64,000 nucleotides of DNA, from the NCBI RefSeq assembly GCF_018350175.1, contig NC_058382.1, forward strand, positions 50,470,001 to 50,534,000, given 5' to 3'. Origin of the DNA: Felis catus (taxonomy: Eukaryota). This document shows, in pieces, positions 51,551-64,000 of this stretch (the first letter of the stretch is position 1; the number at the start of each line of letters is the position of its first letter). The notes beneath the pieces were generated by a model. The model made no database searches, was not told the origin of the DNA, and saw nothing but the letters and a program-made list of their open reading frames with translations. A program made the position numbers and the translations under genes.

Positions 51551-51720
51551 ACAAAATACTCTTGAAAATTAATAATAAAAAATAAAGCTTTATTTTTTTT
51601 TAAAAAGGAAGCAAAATATAAACAGACACTGCCTAGAAAGGAAAGGATGATATGTAAGTAGGTGCAAGCGTCTACCACCTCATTCATTATTGAAGACATG
51701 CGCATTAAAACAGGTGTCAG

Positions 51721-52105
51721 TGTGGTTTATATACATAATGGAGTACTACGTGGCAAGGAGAAAGAATGCAATATGGCCCTTTGTAGCAATGTGGATGGAA
51801 TTGGAGAGTGTTATGCTAAGTGAAATAAGCCATACAGAGAAAGACAGATATCATATGTGTTCACTCTTACGTGGATCCTAAGAAACTTAACAGGAACCCA
51901 TGGGGGAGGGGAAGGAAATAAAAAGAGGTTAGAGTGGGAGAGAGCCGAAGCATAAGAGACTCTTAAAAACTGAGAACAAACTGAGGGCTGATGGGGGGTG
52001 GGAGGGAGGGGAGGGTGGGTGATGGGTATTGAGGAGGGCACCTTTTGGGATGAGCACTGGGTGTTGTATGGAAACCAATTTGACAATAAATTTCATATAT
52101 TAAAA
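51721..52105 (+). mobile_element. Young L1_Fc 3' fragment
   Basis: ORF2 end plus 3' UTR. TSD aaaa(c/t)aggtgtcag at 51707-51720 and 52106-52119. Confidence 0.93.
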
Positions 52106-52489
52106 AAAATAGGTGTCAGGTAGCATTCCCTAAAAGACTTGAATAAATGAGAATGTTGGAACTACAGTGTTCTTTGGACATAATTTGCCAAGTTGTTTTG
52201 TGTAACAAAGTAATGTCTTCTTTAGTTTCAATAGTTACACATTTAATATGATGACTCTTCTTACAAAATTTTAACGATGGTATGAAAACCGTGGTATTAT
52301 GGGTACTACTGTTTAACACAAGAGGAAGCTAAAAATTGATTTTAAAGAAAAGCATCTAAAAAGCGAGAAGGATGAACACTTATTATGGCCCAGAATCTTC
52401 TGTCGATAGGTTTGTAAATAATATAAGTTAAGGTCTATAAATAAAAGAGTGGAGGGATTATTTGCTCAAATAAAAAGAAATACTCCAGG

Positions 52490-52670
52490 CATTATTCTGT
52501 ATGCATTATATATTTATTCAGTTATTCTTCACAATCCAGTGAGTTAGGAACTCTGATAATGCCCAGTTTGTGTATACGCAAACAGAGATGCGAAGGTTAC
52601 TTTCCCAAGGCCACACAGCTAAATGGGGCAAGATTTTGCTCCTCAGGAACCTGGCTTCTATATCCCCTAT
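52490..52670 (-). mobile_element. MIR
   Basis: ttcttcacaatccagtgag...aaacagag...tttcccaaggccacacagctaaat. Confidence 0.75.
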
Positions 52671-52799
52671 GTTACAGGTCAAAATATTATGTGTATGAAA
52701 TCAGCATTTTGAAGGAGAACCCAAATGATTTAAGACACAGAAAACATTGCCATAGGGAGTCCAAAACAGTGTTGCCTAATGCTTTAAATCTATCCAGGT

Positions 52800-53170
52800 A
52801 TATAATCTGCACCAAAAAGTAACCCAAACTCTAGGGGTTAATCCTGCAAGCTCACTTGCATTGTACATTTGAAATGTATGCAAGAATATTCACTGCAACG
52901 TTGTCTGCAGCAGCAAAATGATATTGATTGAACCCAGCAGCCGTATATCACTCGCTTAAATAAATTATAGCACCTCCACCCAATGGAATAACTTATGGCC
53001 ATCAAAAACAGATGATGCAAGAATATGCTACCATTTCTGGAGTGGGTTCCAAAACTGATGTGAAATTTTGAAAGTGAGCGGACATTTGATGCTAAAGAGT
53101 GAATCTTAGGGACTGAAGAGGAAGAGATGGGGGGGGTGGGTGATGGATGGAATATTTGTTTATTTATGGA
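52800..53170 (+). mobile_element. Ancient L1ME-like 3' fragment
   Basis: gcaagaatattcactgcaacgttg...taaataaattatag...caatggaataact. Confidence 0.55.
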
Positions 53171-53534
53171 AGCACAGGTAAAGATTAGATTTATATGAGG
53201 TTTCAAATAGGGCAAAGTAATCTGGATGTGGAAGAAACAAAGGAGAACAAATAGAGGAGAACAGGTAGGAAATAATTCAATTATCAAATTTTTAAGAAAA
53301 ACAGTGACTATTTCCTACTTGTTGTATAATGCTATAATATTTAATGATACTATAAAGCCTACGTGAGTTATCAGTCTGTAGCATCATATGATATTTGTTA
53401 ATGCTTATTTTAGTAGTGGTCTAAAAAATATATTTGTCGAATGGGTGGGTGGCAGTCTGACGTGCACGTCATTAGTCTTTGATCATGTTATTACAGATTA
53501 AAAAATACTTGAGTTCTGATGCTAAATTGATCTC

Positions 53535-54072
53535 TGAGTCAGTGCCCCGTCAGAAAAAACAGAATCACTCCAGGCCTCTGAAACTGCACAGTCATCAGAG
53601 GAAATTGGTTACAGGTGACAGAAAAGCCGATCGGCCAAACGTGAGGCAGTGAGACGACTCAGAGCTTAGTGACAGCAGGAAGATGCTATAACGCCAAGGG
53701 CCGGAGGGAAAAAATGAGAAGGTCATGCCTCCAGAGCTTAGAGGCTGACGTTGTCTATTAGTGCTAGAATCCTGGCAGCGGCTTCCCAGTAGAGGATTGG
53801 AGAAGCAAGGGTGTCCTTTGGGAGCAGGAGCCTTGTGAAAAAAAAGACTCAGCCGCTACCAAGAGGCTGCCCAGGCAGAGCAAGAGTGGGGAGAAGTATC
53901 CTGGCCCCTCCCTGCCCTTCACCTGCCCACCTCTCCCCAGCTCTGGGCTGGAAGCTTGCTAAACCAGGAGCCTACAATTCTCAGTCAGCATCACTCAGCC
54001 CTCGCATGCCTCAGAACAGAGCAGGGAAAGGGTGATACGTGGTTCTAAGTGAAACAAGCAGATGACCAGCAC
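53535..54072 (-). mobile_element. Old ERVL-class solo LTR (family uncertain)
   Basis: agtcag...cagaaaaaacagaatcact...ggaaattggttacaggtga...cagcaggaag pattern. Confidence 0.55.
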
Positions 54073-56351
54073 AGCCCTAAGGACAGCTCACCTCAGTGTG
54101 CTGCTTTTTGTGTCCTTACAGAACGAGGGTGCAGGTAGAATCCAGGTACTTACTGAGTGCTGTCTCCTTCCCTTCCAGCTGCAAAATTGCATGCTTCCCC
54201 ATCGACCCATAAAGACAGCAGATCAATAATATTTTGATACCGAAGAAACTGAGATTTGAGATCCTAAGTTCCGACCTAAGTTCATGTGAATAGTTAGAAC
54301 TTTTATAAAGTTTTACATTGAGCTCTCCTCCTTCCTAATATTGGTAAGTACGCAAAGCTAGCAAAGAGCAGTATTGCGACATACCGAGAGAAGGGAATCC
54401 GTGGTGAATATTCAGATCCTTGGTTTAGGGTCATATTTTACACATAATCTACTCTCGGGTGGTAGAATGATGCTAACTTTAATAGACTGTGGATTTAATC
54501 CTTTCTTGTTTCTCAACATATGTATTGTAGTTCAAGGTGTAGGTTTGCTTTCAGTGCTGTCACTGTGGGAGAGTTAGCGTTGCTCTGTTCATCAGCAAAC
54601 GTTGTGTGCAGGTAAAGGCCAAGGCTCGCTGCAGAGGACTAGGTAGAAGGGCATTTATGTGGATTAATACACATTTGTTGTTGCCTCCGGGATGGGGTAA
54701 CTCCATGCATTTGGTGTACAAAAATCAGCATGCCACTCTATTTTACTGAAATGTTTTGCTTGGCTGACAGGCCTGAGGGCCTGTCCAACCCCAAACCTGG
54801 TTCGTTTCATTGACTGCTCCCTTGGGTAGGATGAACCACACCTCCGGACTCCCCTACTCAGTGATTGCTCTTAGGACATTCACCATGGTGCCTTGTGCTC
54901 TCACACTTCTCTTGTGGGTATACTCTTCATTTATCTCAGGCACGCTTGCCAAATATGCTTCAGTTAATCCCCTCCAACTTGGGGCCTTCTAACCACTTAC
55001 TTTCTGGTCCCTCCTGCCCTATCACTTTTCCTGTGTTCACTAACTCATCACCAGGGTCTTGTTTCCAATGACATCTGTGATAGTGTCATTTCCACGGAGT
55101 CCTTATGGATTACTTTGCATGGTTTGTATAACCTTAATCGACTGGATTTCAAACGCATTCATGTATTTTTCATTCTCTTTCACTGTACTTACACATTTTC
55201 CTTTATTCCAAATTATACACTCACTACAAATAAATACCCAAATGCTACTGGCTAAAATGCATACCATTTCTTAATTAAGGCTGTGAATTTCTAGGAGATA
55301 GAAACCATGCTTTTTTTTTTTTTGCTAATGTGGTTTGGAATACATATGAATAATACCATGATAGTAAAAGGAAACACTTTTGTGATTACTTAAGGTCCAA
55401 AGTACAAAAGTCTGGCGATGTGTCTGCCGGTTGACAAGGCAGAGGTATGTGTATGTACTGAGATGAGGCATCCATATAATATTCTGTATGAATATGTAGA
55501 AGAAAAACTCTTAGTCATAAGAATCAGAACTTGAACCAAATGTCTTTATCCATCCATATTCCCAATTGCCTTTAGGAGTTATACCTCATTGCCTAAGATT
55601 GTCTTTGTATATAATTATCCGCATCTAACTACTTTCAGAAGCATTCACAAAGAATAATCCTTTGGCCAATTTAGAAGAGTCATGCTTTAGAAAAGATTCA
55701 AATGTTAGCGCATTTGTGCAGAAGTAGCTGTGAGTATGAAAAGGAGAACAGAGGAAGCAAAAATACTAGGAAATATTCTACAGAGCTGTGTCTATAAATC
55801 AGAGAGATGCAGCTCAAAAGAAATCATATTTGATTTGTATTCTGCAAATGAAATTTTTATTTGGCTGTGAACGCCTATCTCCCATTCTGTATTTCTTATT
55901 GTTATTATTAATCTCTCATACCGAAAGGTTGTCTTCTCTTTGGAATCTTGAACATTTTAAGTACTTAATAATAGGGTTCTTTTTCAATAAGAGAGAGAGA
56001 AGACAAAAATTGCTGGAGCAGTGCAAAGAGATCCTCAGGGAGCAATGGCTTTATTACAATATGTCAGAGTCATCATGAGTTGGGGGTGGGCTGGGGAATA
56101 GCAGTTTCAGGAAAAACTTGTATTTATTTTAGCAAGTTGGTGGAAAGTTGCAGAAGAGTGTCCCAAGAGCTGCAAAGCTATTATGGTAATAGAGGTTCCA
56201 TCTTTACACTCTGAAATAAAAAGAGGTAAAAAAAAATTTTTTTTTTCACGATGTCACTTTGGAAATAGATTTTCTACCCTTAGATTAGAATAAATGCATG
56301 GGTTAATGAAGTTCACAGTGATGTTTATACTCTTCTTGAAAATCTGCATGT

Positions 56352-56498
56352 TGGGGTGCCTGGGTGGCTCAGTCGGTTAAGCATCCGGATGCTTTGGTTA
56401 AGCTTCGGATTCTGTGACTTCCTCTCTCTCTCCCCCTCCTCTGCTTGCACCCTGTGCCTCTCTCTCTCTCAAAAATAAATTAAACATCTCAATTAAAA
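56352..56498 (+). mobile_element. Internally deleted and rearranged CAN-SINE
   Basis: Intact head and tail, middle missing. TSD aaaatctgcatgt at 56339-56351 and 56499-56511. Confidence 0.9.
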
Positions 56499-56898
56499 AA
56501 AATCTGCATGTCAAAGATGACAGATAAATACTGAAGCTTCTCTAAATTAGAAATTGTTCTGTCCGGTCCCCTTTTCCCCATAAAATCAACCCCCCTTGGA
56601 TACATGTGTAGACAAACACTGAATTTTCAGGGTGCCGACCCAGAAAAGAACCTCCCCATGGCTCTGAGAGCGCAGCCTAGGCTGGAGACCGCAAACGGGC
56701 ACCTGTGGTACCACGCATGTGCAGGAGCAGAGAGCATAGATTCTTAGTTTGATGCAGGGTTGCAATGTGCAGGCATAACTGTGGCGGAGGACAGCAGGAC
56801 AAGGACACTGTGGGCTGGCAAAAGCATAGAGGAAGGGCAGTAGAGAGTTAGCACCATAAGAAGGAGGAGGTGAAGTCGAGAGGGCCCTGGCAGAAGAC

Positions 56899-57293
56899 TG
56901 TATTAGTCGGGGTTCTCCAGAGAAATGGAACCAACAGGATGTACACAGATTTATTTTAAGGAATTGGCTTATATGATTGTGGAGGTTTGATGAGTCCAAA
57001 ATCTGCAAGGTAGACTGGAAAGCTAGAGGACCCACAAAAGAGTTGCAGTTTGCGTTCTAAAGGGTCTGCTGCCACAATCCCCTCTTCCGGGGAAATCAGG
57101 CATTTTTCTGCTCAGGCCTTCCACTGATTGGATGAGGCCCACCCACATCTGGAGAGTAATCTGCTTTATTCAGAAGTCTACCGATTTAAATGTTAGTCTA
57201 ATAAAAAAATACTTTCACGGAGACATCTAGAATATCGTTTGACCCAATGTCTAAGCACTGTGACCTAGTCAAGTTGACACAGAAAATCATCAC
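56899..57293 (-). mobile_element. ERVL solo LTR (MLT2 family)
   Basis: tgtattagtcggggttctccagagaaa...ctgattggatgaggcccacccacat...caagttgacac...catcaca. Confidence 0.9.
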
Positions 57294-57814
57294 AGAGATG
57301 GAAGATGTCAAAGGAACAGTGGAGTTATTGGGGCTAAACAGCAAATAAGAATGGGAGAAAAAGAAATATCTGGCGGCCTACGATCAAAGAGTAGAATATA
57401 AGCACTTACCATTTTAAAAGTGGTGCAATCATAAGAAATGATTAAGGACCAAGATATGGGCAGGAAAATGTTTAAAGAGGAGCAGGCGAAGGCGGTCCAC
57501 GTCCAGGATGTTTTATAGAGCGTCCAAAGGATACAGAAACAGAGAGATTGCCATGGACATGAGGTGACCTCTTGTTTGGGGAGCACCTGAGCCGAGGAGG
57601 GCAGGATTTGCTATTCCCTGCTGATATTCATAAAAAAGAGAAGATAGTGTTTCCTCTCTTTTTTTCTTTTTCTTTTGTTGGCTTATTTTCATGAGGAAGA
57701 AGGAAAAATTATATGAAATTGCTAGGAGACCTATAAAAATACTTACTGACCCCATGGATGTAGAGATTTTGGGAAAATTATGTAAACTTCACATTAGATC
57801 CCAAAGTGCTAATT

Positions 57815-57945
57815 TGGATGTCATGGGACATGTGAATCTCTTTCGGAAACACCCTCACAGACACACCCAGAAATCATGTTTTACCAGCTATCTGGGCATC
57901 CAACCCTTAGCCAAGAAAAGTTGACATATAAAATTAGCCATCACA
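57815..57945 (-). mobile_element. Second MLT2 LTR fragment
   Basis: ggaaacaccctcacagacacacccagaaat...aagttgacatataaaattagccatcaca. Confidence 0.8.
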
Positions 57946-60499
57946 GATGCCTTTCACTCTGCAATGTACCACAGCTATTATAGGATCTAATTAAATCCAA
58001 GCCCTACTTTCTGGTCCTTAAATCACTCCAATTTACAGAAAGACATGGGAAATAGGAGAAAAGAATGTAAGAGGATCATGATTTTTGCAAGTGACTGTGG
58101 AAGGTATTCCAGGGAACTTGACATATCCTGAAAGAAGATGAAATCAACAGGAGCACTGACACCTTACTTCACTTCACTACAGTGTAGAGGTGAGACGGTT
58201 TTCTTCCACTAGTTGTCATTCTAATTTTCTTTTCCTTTAAAAATTTAATTTGTAAAATCCATTTTATCTTTTCAACTGTCTTTGGAGTTTGGAGTTGCAT
58301 TGGTTTTACTTTCTGTCTTTTTCCATTTCTGCTTTGAGCTGAGTTAACTCCAAAATATGCTACTCTTCCTCTCACTGATTTTGTCTTATTATTGCCATTA
58401 TACCTTGTACATTGCAGCCAGAGGTCACACTCTAATTACTCAGATGCTGTTTTATCATTCAGGTGAGATACATCTATTAATCATGCTTTTCCTCCCAATA
58501 GAACTGGAGATTAACCAAGCGGTGGCGTCATCTTTTGAGTGACTTCTGATATTCTGCTGCTGATTTAGTAGTTATGTGCACACATATCAGTTTCAATCAC
58601 TACTGACTGATCTTAGCTGGTTCTGACCAGGACGGTGGTCCTCATCTTTTCTCTAAATTGATTCATGGATGTGTAATATTCTGACCTCCTGTACTGTACT
58701 TGGGTTAATGACATGTGAAGGATTTCTCTGTGCATAAGTTCAGATTTAAAAAGATATGCTTAACATCTATATAATGGTGTACATCTTGATGACCTCAGGG
58801 TATAAAGTCCTTGACTATGAGTATATTTGTCTGTGTAGTTTAATGATATTCAGTCAAATACTTGATGTAGGGAGTCAGAGTTACGTGGTGAATGTTCTAC
58901 ATATTTTTTTGAGAAAAATACTGTATCAGCTGAAACTCAGGTTTACTGCAGTATCTCAAGACATTCTAGGTCCATTATATTCTGCTGGAAAATGTGTTCA
59001 AAATGACCCAATGCATTTAGGACTAGATATACACTATAATTTATTTTAATTTGAATAAGAAATAATATCTAGAGGGCTTGTGGCATGTAGTGTGGAAAAC
59101 TGGTGGGATTGTGGGTGGTGATATTTATGCTTGCTGAGGGAATCATTCTGTTTCTGGCATAAGCCTACAGGACCAGGATTTGTTTTTGCTGTCAAACTCC
59201 GCACCTCTCTGTATCACATAATTGGTCTTGGTCTCATTGATGAAAAAGAACGTTTTAAACTAAGTTCATGTTTACTTCAGGTTGCAAGATTACTTTGAAA
59301 TCAGTGCTATTATATTTTAAGGGGACATGATGGGCTTATATTTTATTCTCTATTTTTTTCTGCTGTCTGCCTGTTTTTTAAAAGCTCATGATTTTGTGAA
59401 TAGACTCAAGCAAAGTATAACAATAAGATGACTCAAGAAGCAAGAAATGACTCAAGCCCAAGAAATGAGCTTGAAACTAAATGTGATTAGGAGATGTCTT
59501 TTTTTTTTTTAAATATTCATCAATTGCTTATTTGTAACTGGAGATACTACTATATAGTTGAAAAGCTGTTTTCTTACCAGTAGGCATTACTTGGAAAATA
59601 ACAACATGTACTTGAGCCATGCATAAATATTTAAAGGTTCTGATGATGTAGCAGTTACCAAGGATAGAGCCAATGAGTGCTCAGGAAGTCATATATATAG
59701 GATGCTTCTTCCACACCACAAGCATCAATATGTGCCCCTTAGAATGCTAAGGAAAAATTATGATCTGTCATGAACTCAGTTACTTTAAGTTAGATGTCTG
59801 CTATTATAACTGTTACTATACTGTTATTAACTACTGACTGCCCTGGACCTTGTCTTCTGTTACTCTCCTCTGCAAATGTGCTCTGCAACTACTCAAGTTT
59901 TTCTCCATACCTTAGAACCTCTTTTCTCTATCACCCGTTATCATTTACCCACAGTTCCTTTGTCCTAAAACCGAAGTTATCAGTACTTTCAACACTTTCT
60001 TTCCCAAAATGCATTTCATCAGATGGGCTGACTTTTAAAATCTAACAATTTTAATGAAGGAAACTTTTTTTTTAAGTTGACATTCTCCAGATGCCAGCAG
60101 TCCCTAGGGACATCAACACAGAGGCCACTGGAATCCCTTTGGAGAGATTCCCCAGAGCTGACACATGACACAAGACTCAATAATCTCCCTGTCTCCCCAC
60201 CCAAGTCCTTTCCTAGCAGAGACTCTGAGAGCTGTATAGCTGCCTCCATGAGAAGTCATGATAATAATTCTGACATAATTCTAGTGGAAGGAGAAGGCAG
60301 GTGGCCAATGATATATGAGGGGCTAGGCTGGGAAAGGCCCCAAACTTTGCTGTAGGGTATCCTGGACTGTTCCCCTTCCTTCATAGGATTATCGCTTTCA
60401 TCTGGAAAATTCTTCAAGGGTGATGACCATTTAAAAAGATGAACATGTGGCTTACTCCTGCCCCTCACATTTGTTTGATAACCTTGACAAAGACAAGGT

Positions 60500-62610
60500 G
60501 AAGAAAGTGGGCATGGTCTACTGCCATCTATTTAAATAAAGGGAACAGAAATGTATACATATATTTACATATTAGTTTATATTTTTTAAGTAAATGGATA
60601 AGCAAGACATTAAAAAAAAGCTACTTCTATGATAAATTCTAAGGGGAGAGATGTAGTAGGAATAGAAGCCACACTTTTCTGAATATACTTGGTTTTTTGG
60701 ATTTGACTATTAAGTGGTATGCACAATTTAATAATTATACACCAAATTAAGTAAAAATTTTGGAGCTATTTCTAAAAATTAAAATGAAAATGAAAAAAAT
60801 AAACCTTGATGTTGAGTTAAAGTCATAAATACACAGGAATTATTTGAGTGGCTTCAAAACACAGCAATATGTGTGTCCTACTGTTTTAGATCCCGTTGAC
60901 AAAAATGTCTTAGAAGTCCTTTTAATAATCACATTTTGTTAGTGATACTTGTTATACTTTATTTACAATGTATTGTGATTCTAAAACTAATCCTGATAAA
61001 ATAGTTAAGAGATTTTATTAGTATCATTAGAAATCATAATTTCAATATAAAAAGAAATCTAAAATTTGAAGAGGTTAAGTAAATCTCCTATAGTCCTGAA
61101 CTCCAAATACCCCTTTATCCAAATACCCCCAGACCTCAGGTACCTAGACCCCAAATACCACTTACTCTGAGGGGATCAAGGACTCCCCATGGAGAATGGC
61201 TGAATCCAGATCTGGGGTGTGAAATACACAAAATATATGTGGGATAGATATCTTATGCCAGAACACTAGGTTTTAATCAGACAATTGGAGTCATGTGAAA
61301 AAGACCCAGAAACCAACTCAGAAAGGATTTCACTGGCCAAAATGAAACAATTAGAACATTTATAAGAATAATAGTAGAAATGGGTTAAAACACCAAGTAA
61401 GTTAAACATTTATGAATTAATAATATGAAAATTTCCTTATTCACCATCAGTGGAAGATGCTAGGGAATTAACTCATTATTCTGAACATCAGTTCATAAAA
61501 AGAAAAATCAAGTATTTTCTACTTTTTCTGAGTAAACTGCATCAGAGGGTAACCAAATATTCGCTGAGAGGAAGTTTCTTTTCACTGAAGTATTTTATTT
61601 AGATTTTTTAGAAAAGGTTTTGAGAAAGGGATGATAGAATCAGAATATCACCATTTTTTAACCGCTAATGAAATAACGTACTGATCGCTAACATTATAAA
61701 AACAGAGGCAACCGGGTGTAACACCACTCCTGATAGATGTATACAGTGTGTTCTTTGAGTAATTCTTGCTAAAAAGTCCAACCCAAGTCAAATCAAATCT
61801 CAAAATCTACCTCCGGGTCTATAAGCTAGAGTGCAACAAAGGGACGTATTTGACACACCACAGAGAGGCAGTCAGCAAACTGTGGGAAACAATAAGACAA
61901 ATGGTGAGGGACTTTTCACTACACAAACTGGAAGAAAATGAAAGGGAGGTGACTTATAGGTAAAAAGACACTTAAGAGAAACATCACCAAATTTAACTTG
62001 TGGAAATTTTTGGTATTCTGGTTGGAACAGTAGTGCATGAACACAGCCACTTTCCAAAGATAAGCAGTCATCTCAGGACGCTGGTGATATTACAGAACTA
62101 TTGTCAGTATTTTAGATGTTAACATTAAATTGCAGTTTTGTTTCAAAAGGAATCCTTATCCTTTAAAGATCTATTTTGAGATATTTATGTATGAAATCAC
62201 AGGATGTCTGAGACTGAATTTAAAGTAATCTCGTAGGAACGGAGGGGACGTGGGTATAGGTGAAATAAAATTGGCCATGAGTTAGCAATTTCTAATTGTT
62301 TTAAAATTTTTATGTTTGATTTTGAGAGAGAGAGAGACAGAGCGCAAGCAAGGGAGGGGCAGAGAGAGAGAGAGAGGGAGACACAGAATCTGAAGCAGCC
62401 TCTAGGCTCTGAGCTGTCAGCACAGAGCCCAACGCGGGGCTCTAACTCATGGACCGTGAGATGATGACCTGAGCCCAAGTTGGACATTTAACCAACTGAG
62501 CCACCCAGGTGCCCCGAGTTAGCAGTTTTTAAAATCAGATATATGTGTTTTTATTGTTCTTTTCTCCCTACTTGGGTATATATTTGAAAATGGCCATAAA
62601 ATTTTTAATG
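60500..62610 (+). mobile_element. Ancient L1MC-like 3' region fragments
   Basis: gaatcagaatatcaccatttt, aaagacacttaagagaaacatcaccaa and aaaattggccatgagtt motifs. Approximate limits. Confidence 0.55.
62292..62515 (-). mobile_element. CAN-SINE
   Basis: TSD gagttagca(a/g)ttt at 62279-62291 and 62516-62528. Confidence 0.92.
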
Positions 62611-63682
62611 CCAGCTATAGGTTTTCCCCTCTTTAGATTTTTCATAGTCAAGTTTCTATTCTTGCACAATATAATTTTCCTTGCAGTAAAGCCAGCAATG
62701 ATGAACACCGTTAGGACCAAGTTAAATCAAGTATCAAGATTAATGCGAATTCGTTTGCCTCAGTTGAAAGGAGGTGGTCGAGGCCCAAGTGAGTCCAGTT
62801 CTTGATAAAGGAGCGTTCGTGTCGGTAGTGGGGAAGGAGACCAAAGTTTGCTGCTACCACAAAATAAAGAAAAGGAAGGAAAGGCAGATCTGACAGAGAA
62901 GAAAAAGGAGAGAAATGGAGAAAAGAAGGGAAATAAGGGGGTGGATCTTCTCTTCCTTCTCCAGCCCCACATCTCAGGCTAAGTGACACTCGACCCCATG
63001 GGCCACGTAGCTCTGGTTTTGACTGACTTGCTTTTCGCTTTCCCAGCCCCCCGTGAGATTGAACTCCCTGGTGTCTTCACAATGAGGTAGATTCCTTCAC
63101 CTCTTACAGGGACACTCATGGATAGTGATGGAAGTGGTCATGCCAGCCAGGCTTCATCATAACCTCAAAATCATCTACATTTGTCTAGGCCCTGAAAAAT
63201 AATTTCAAAAATATAAAAGCATACATGGTAGCACAGTTTCAAATAGTTTTCTTTGATTATGAGTAATCAGCATATAAGTCATAGTTAGGCTGTTTTTTCC
63301 TCCTAAAATAACTAATAAGGTAAAATTAGAAAATAGGAGCCACAGGGAAAACATATAGTTTAATACATGAGTTACATTCGAAGTGTGCATTTAAAATGCT
63401 TAAAAATCAGTGATTTCATTTATAGTCACTATTCAACTAGCTACAGTATTTTTAAAGAAAAATAGTCTAAGGCATAAATACAGTGAACACGCACATGTGG
63501 ATTATTCTGACACCTGACAGGCACAATTTGTAGCATTTGAAACTTAGGTGTTAGAAGCATAGTTATGAATCTTTTATTAAAGATCATTTTTTATGACATT
63601 ATAATGCTTTTTGTTGATTTGCCTTGATTCCTACTCTAGATTTTTCTAGTCTACTTAAAACAGTAAGAGCCGTACAATAAAT

Positions 63683-64000
63683 ATAGATAATTATCATTAT
63701 TCGTGACTGTTGTGTTTTGTGAAGTCTTCATGAATGTGGAATTCGCAAATACTGAGCTGCGCTCCTGGGAGTAATACAGGGTTAGGTTTCTGCCAGCCTC
63801 TGGCCACATTTTCATCAGTCAGTCAACACATAACTTATTTTTTGTGTGTTTCTGTTTAAAGACACTTTATTTAATATGTACTGTTAACTCATTAGCCCTG
63901 AACACACGGCCAACAGTACTGTAAGTCAGGCCTAGGCAAAGCTTTATCTGTCACAGTATTTTCTCCATGAGGCGCATCCCAGCCTCCCTGCACTTTAGAA
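63683..64000. mobile_element. TcMar-Tigger relic (MER82-like), cut by window edge
   Basis: aatacagggttaggtttctgccagcctctggccaca...tgtttaaagacactttatttaata...cacggccaacag. Confidence 0.7.

Noticed and set aside
54070..54090. REST/NRSE-like motif (cacagccctaaggacagctca); also a half site ttcagcacc near 3809
   Set aside because: Several mismatches in the core left half; the other is only a half site.

Overview
Felid (cat-like) genomic DNA, not prokaryotic: CAN-SINEs of the feline SINEC_Fc type and L1_Fc 3' ends occur throughout. The window lies inside a large neuronal gene on the + strand, most likely CNTNAP4 (Caspr4). Two coding exons are visible, 3491-3601 and 42197-42390 (probably exons 2 and 3). 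They join in frame across a 38.6 kb GT-AG intron and encode the N-terminal part of the F5/8 type C (discoidin) domain. The rest is intronic and repeat-rich: about 22 SINEs, young and old L1s (one nested complex at 22.1-28.5 kb), L2, MIR, MaLR/ERVL/ERV1 LTRs, DNA transposon relics and microsatellites. Nearly all ORFs in the supplied track are repeat-derived or spurious. I see no previously undescribed biological system. The most notable observations are retrotransposition and repair scars: a perfect 21-bp hairpin at an L1 tail, repeated SINE insertion at one nick site, a SINE with foreign filler, and a fold-back SINE. Also noted are inverted-repeat pairs that could fold the pre-mRNA and three candidate AG|GT recursive or cryptic splice sites. 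Repeat subfamily names are from memory of consensus sequences and need RepeatMasker/Dfam confirmation.
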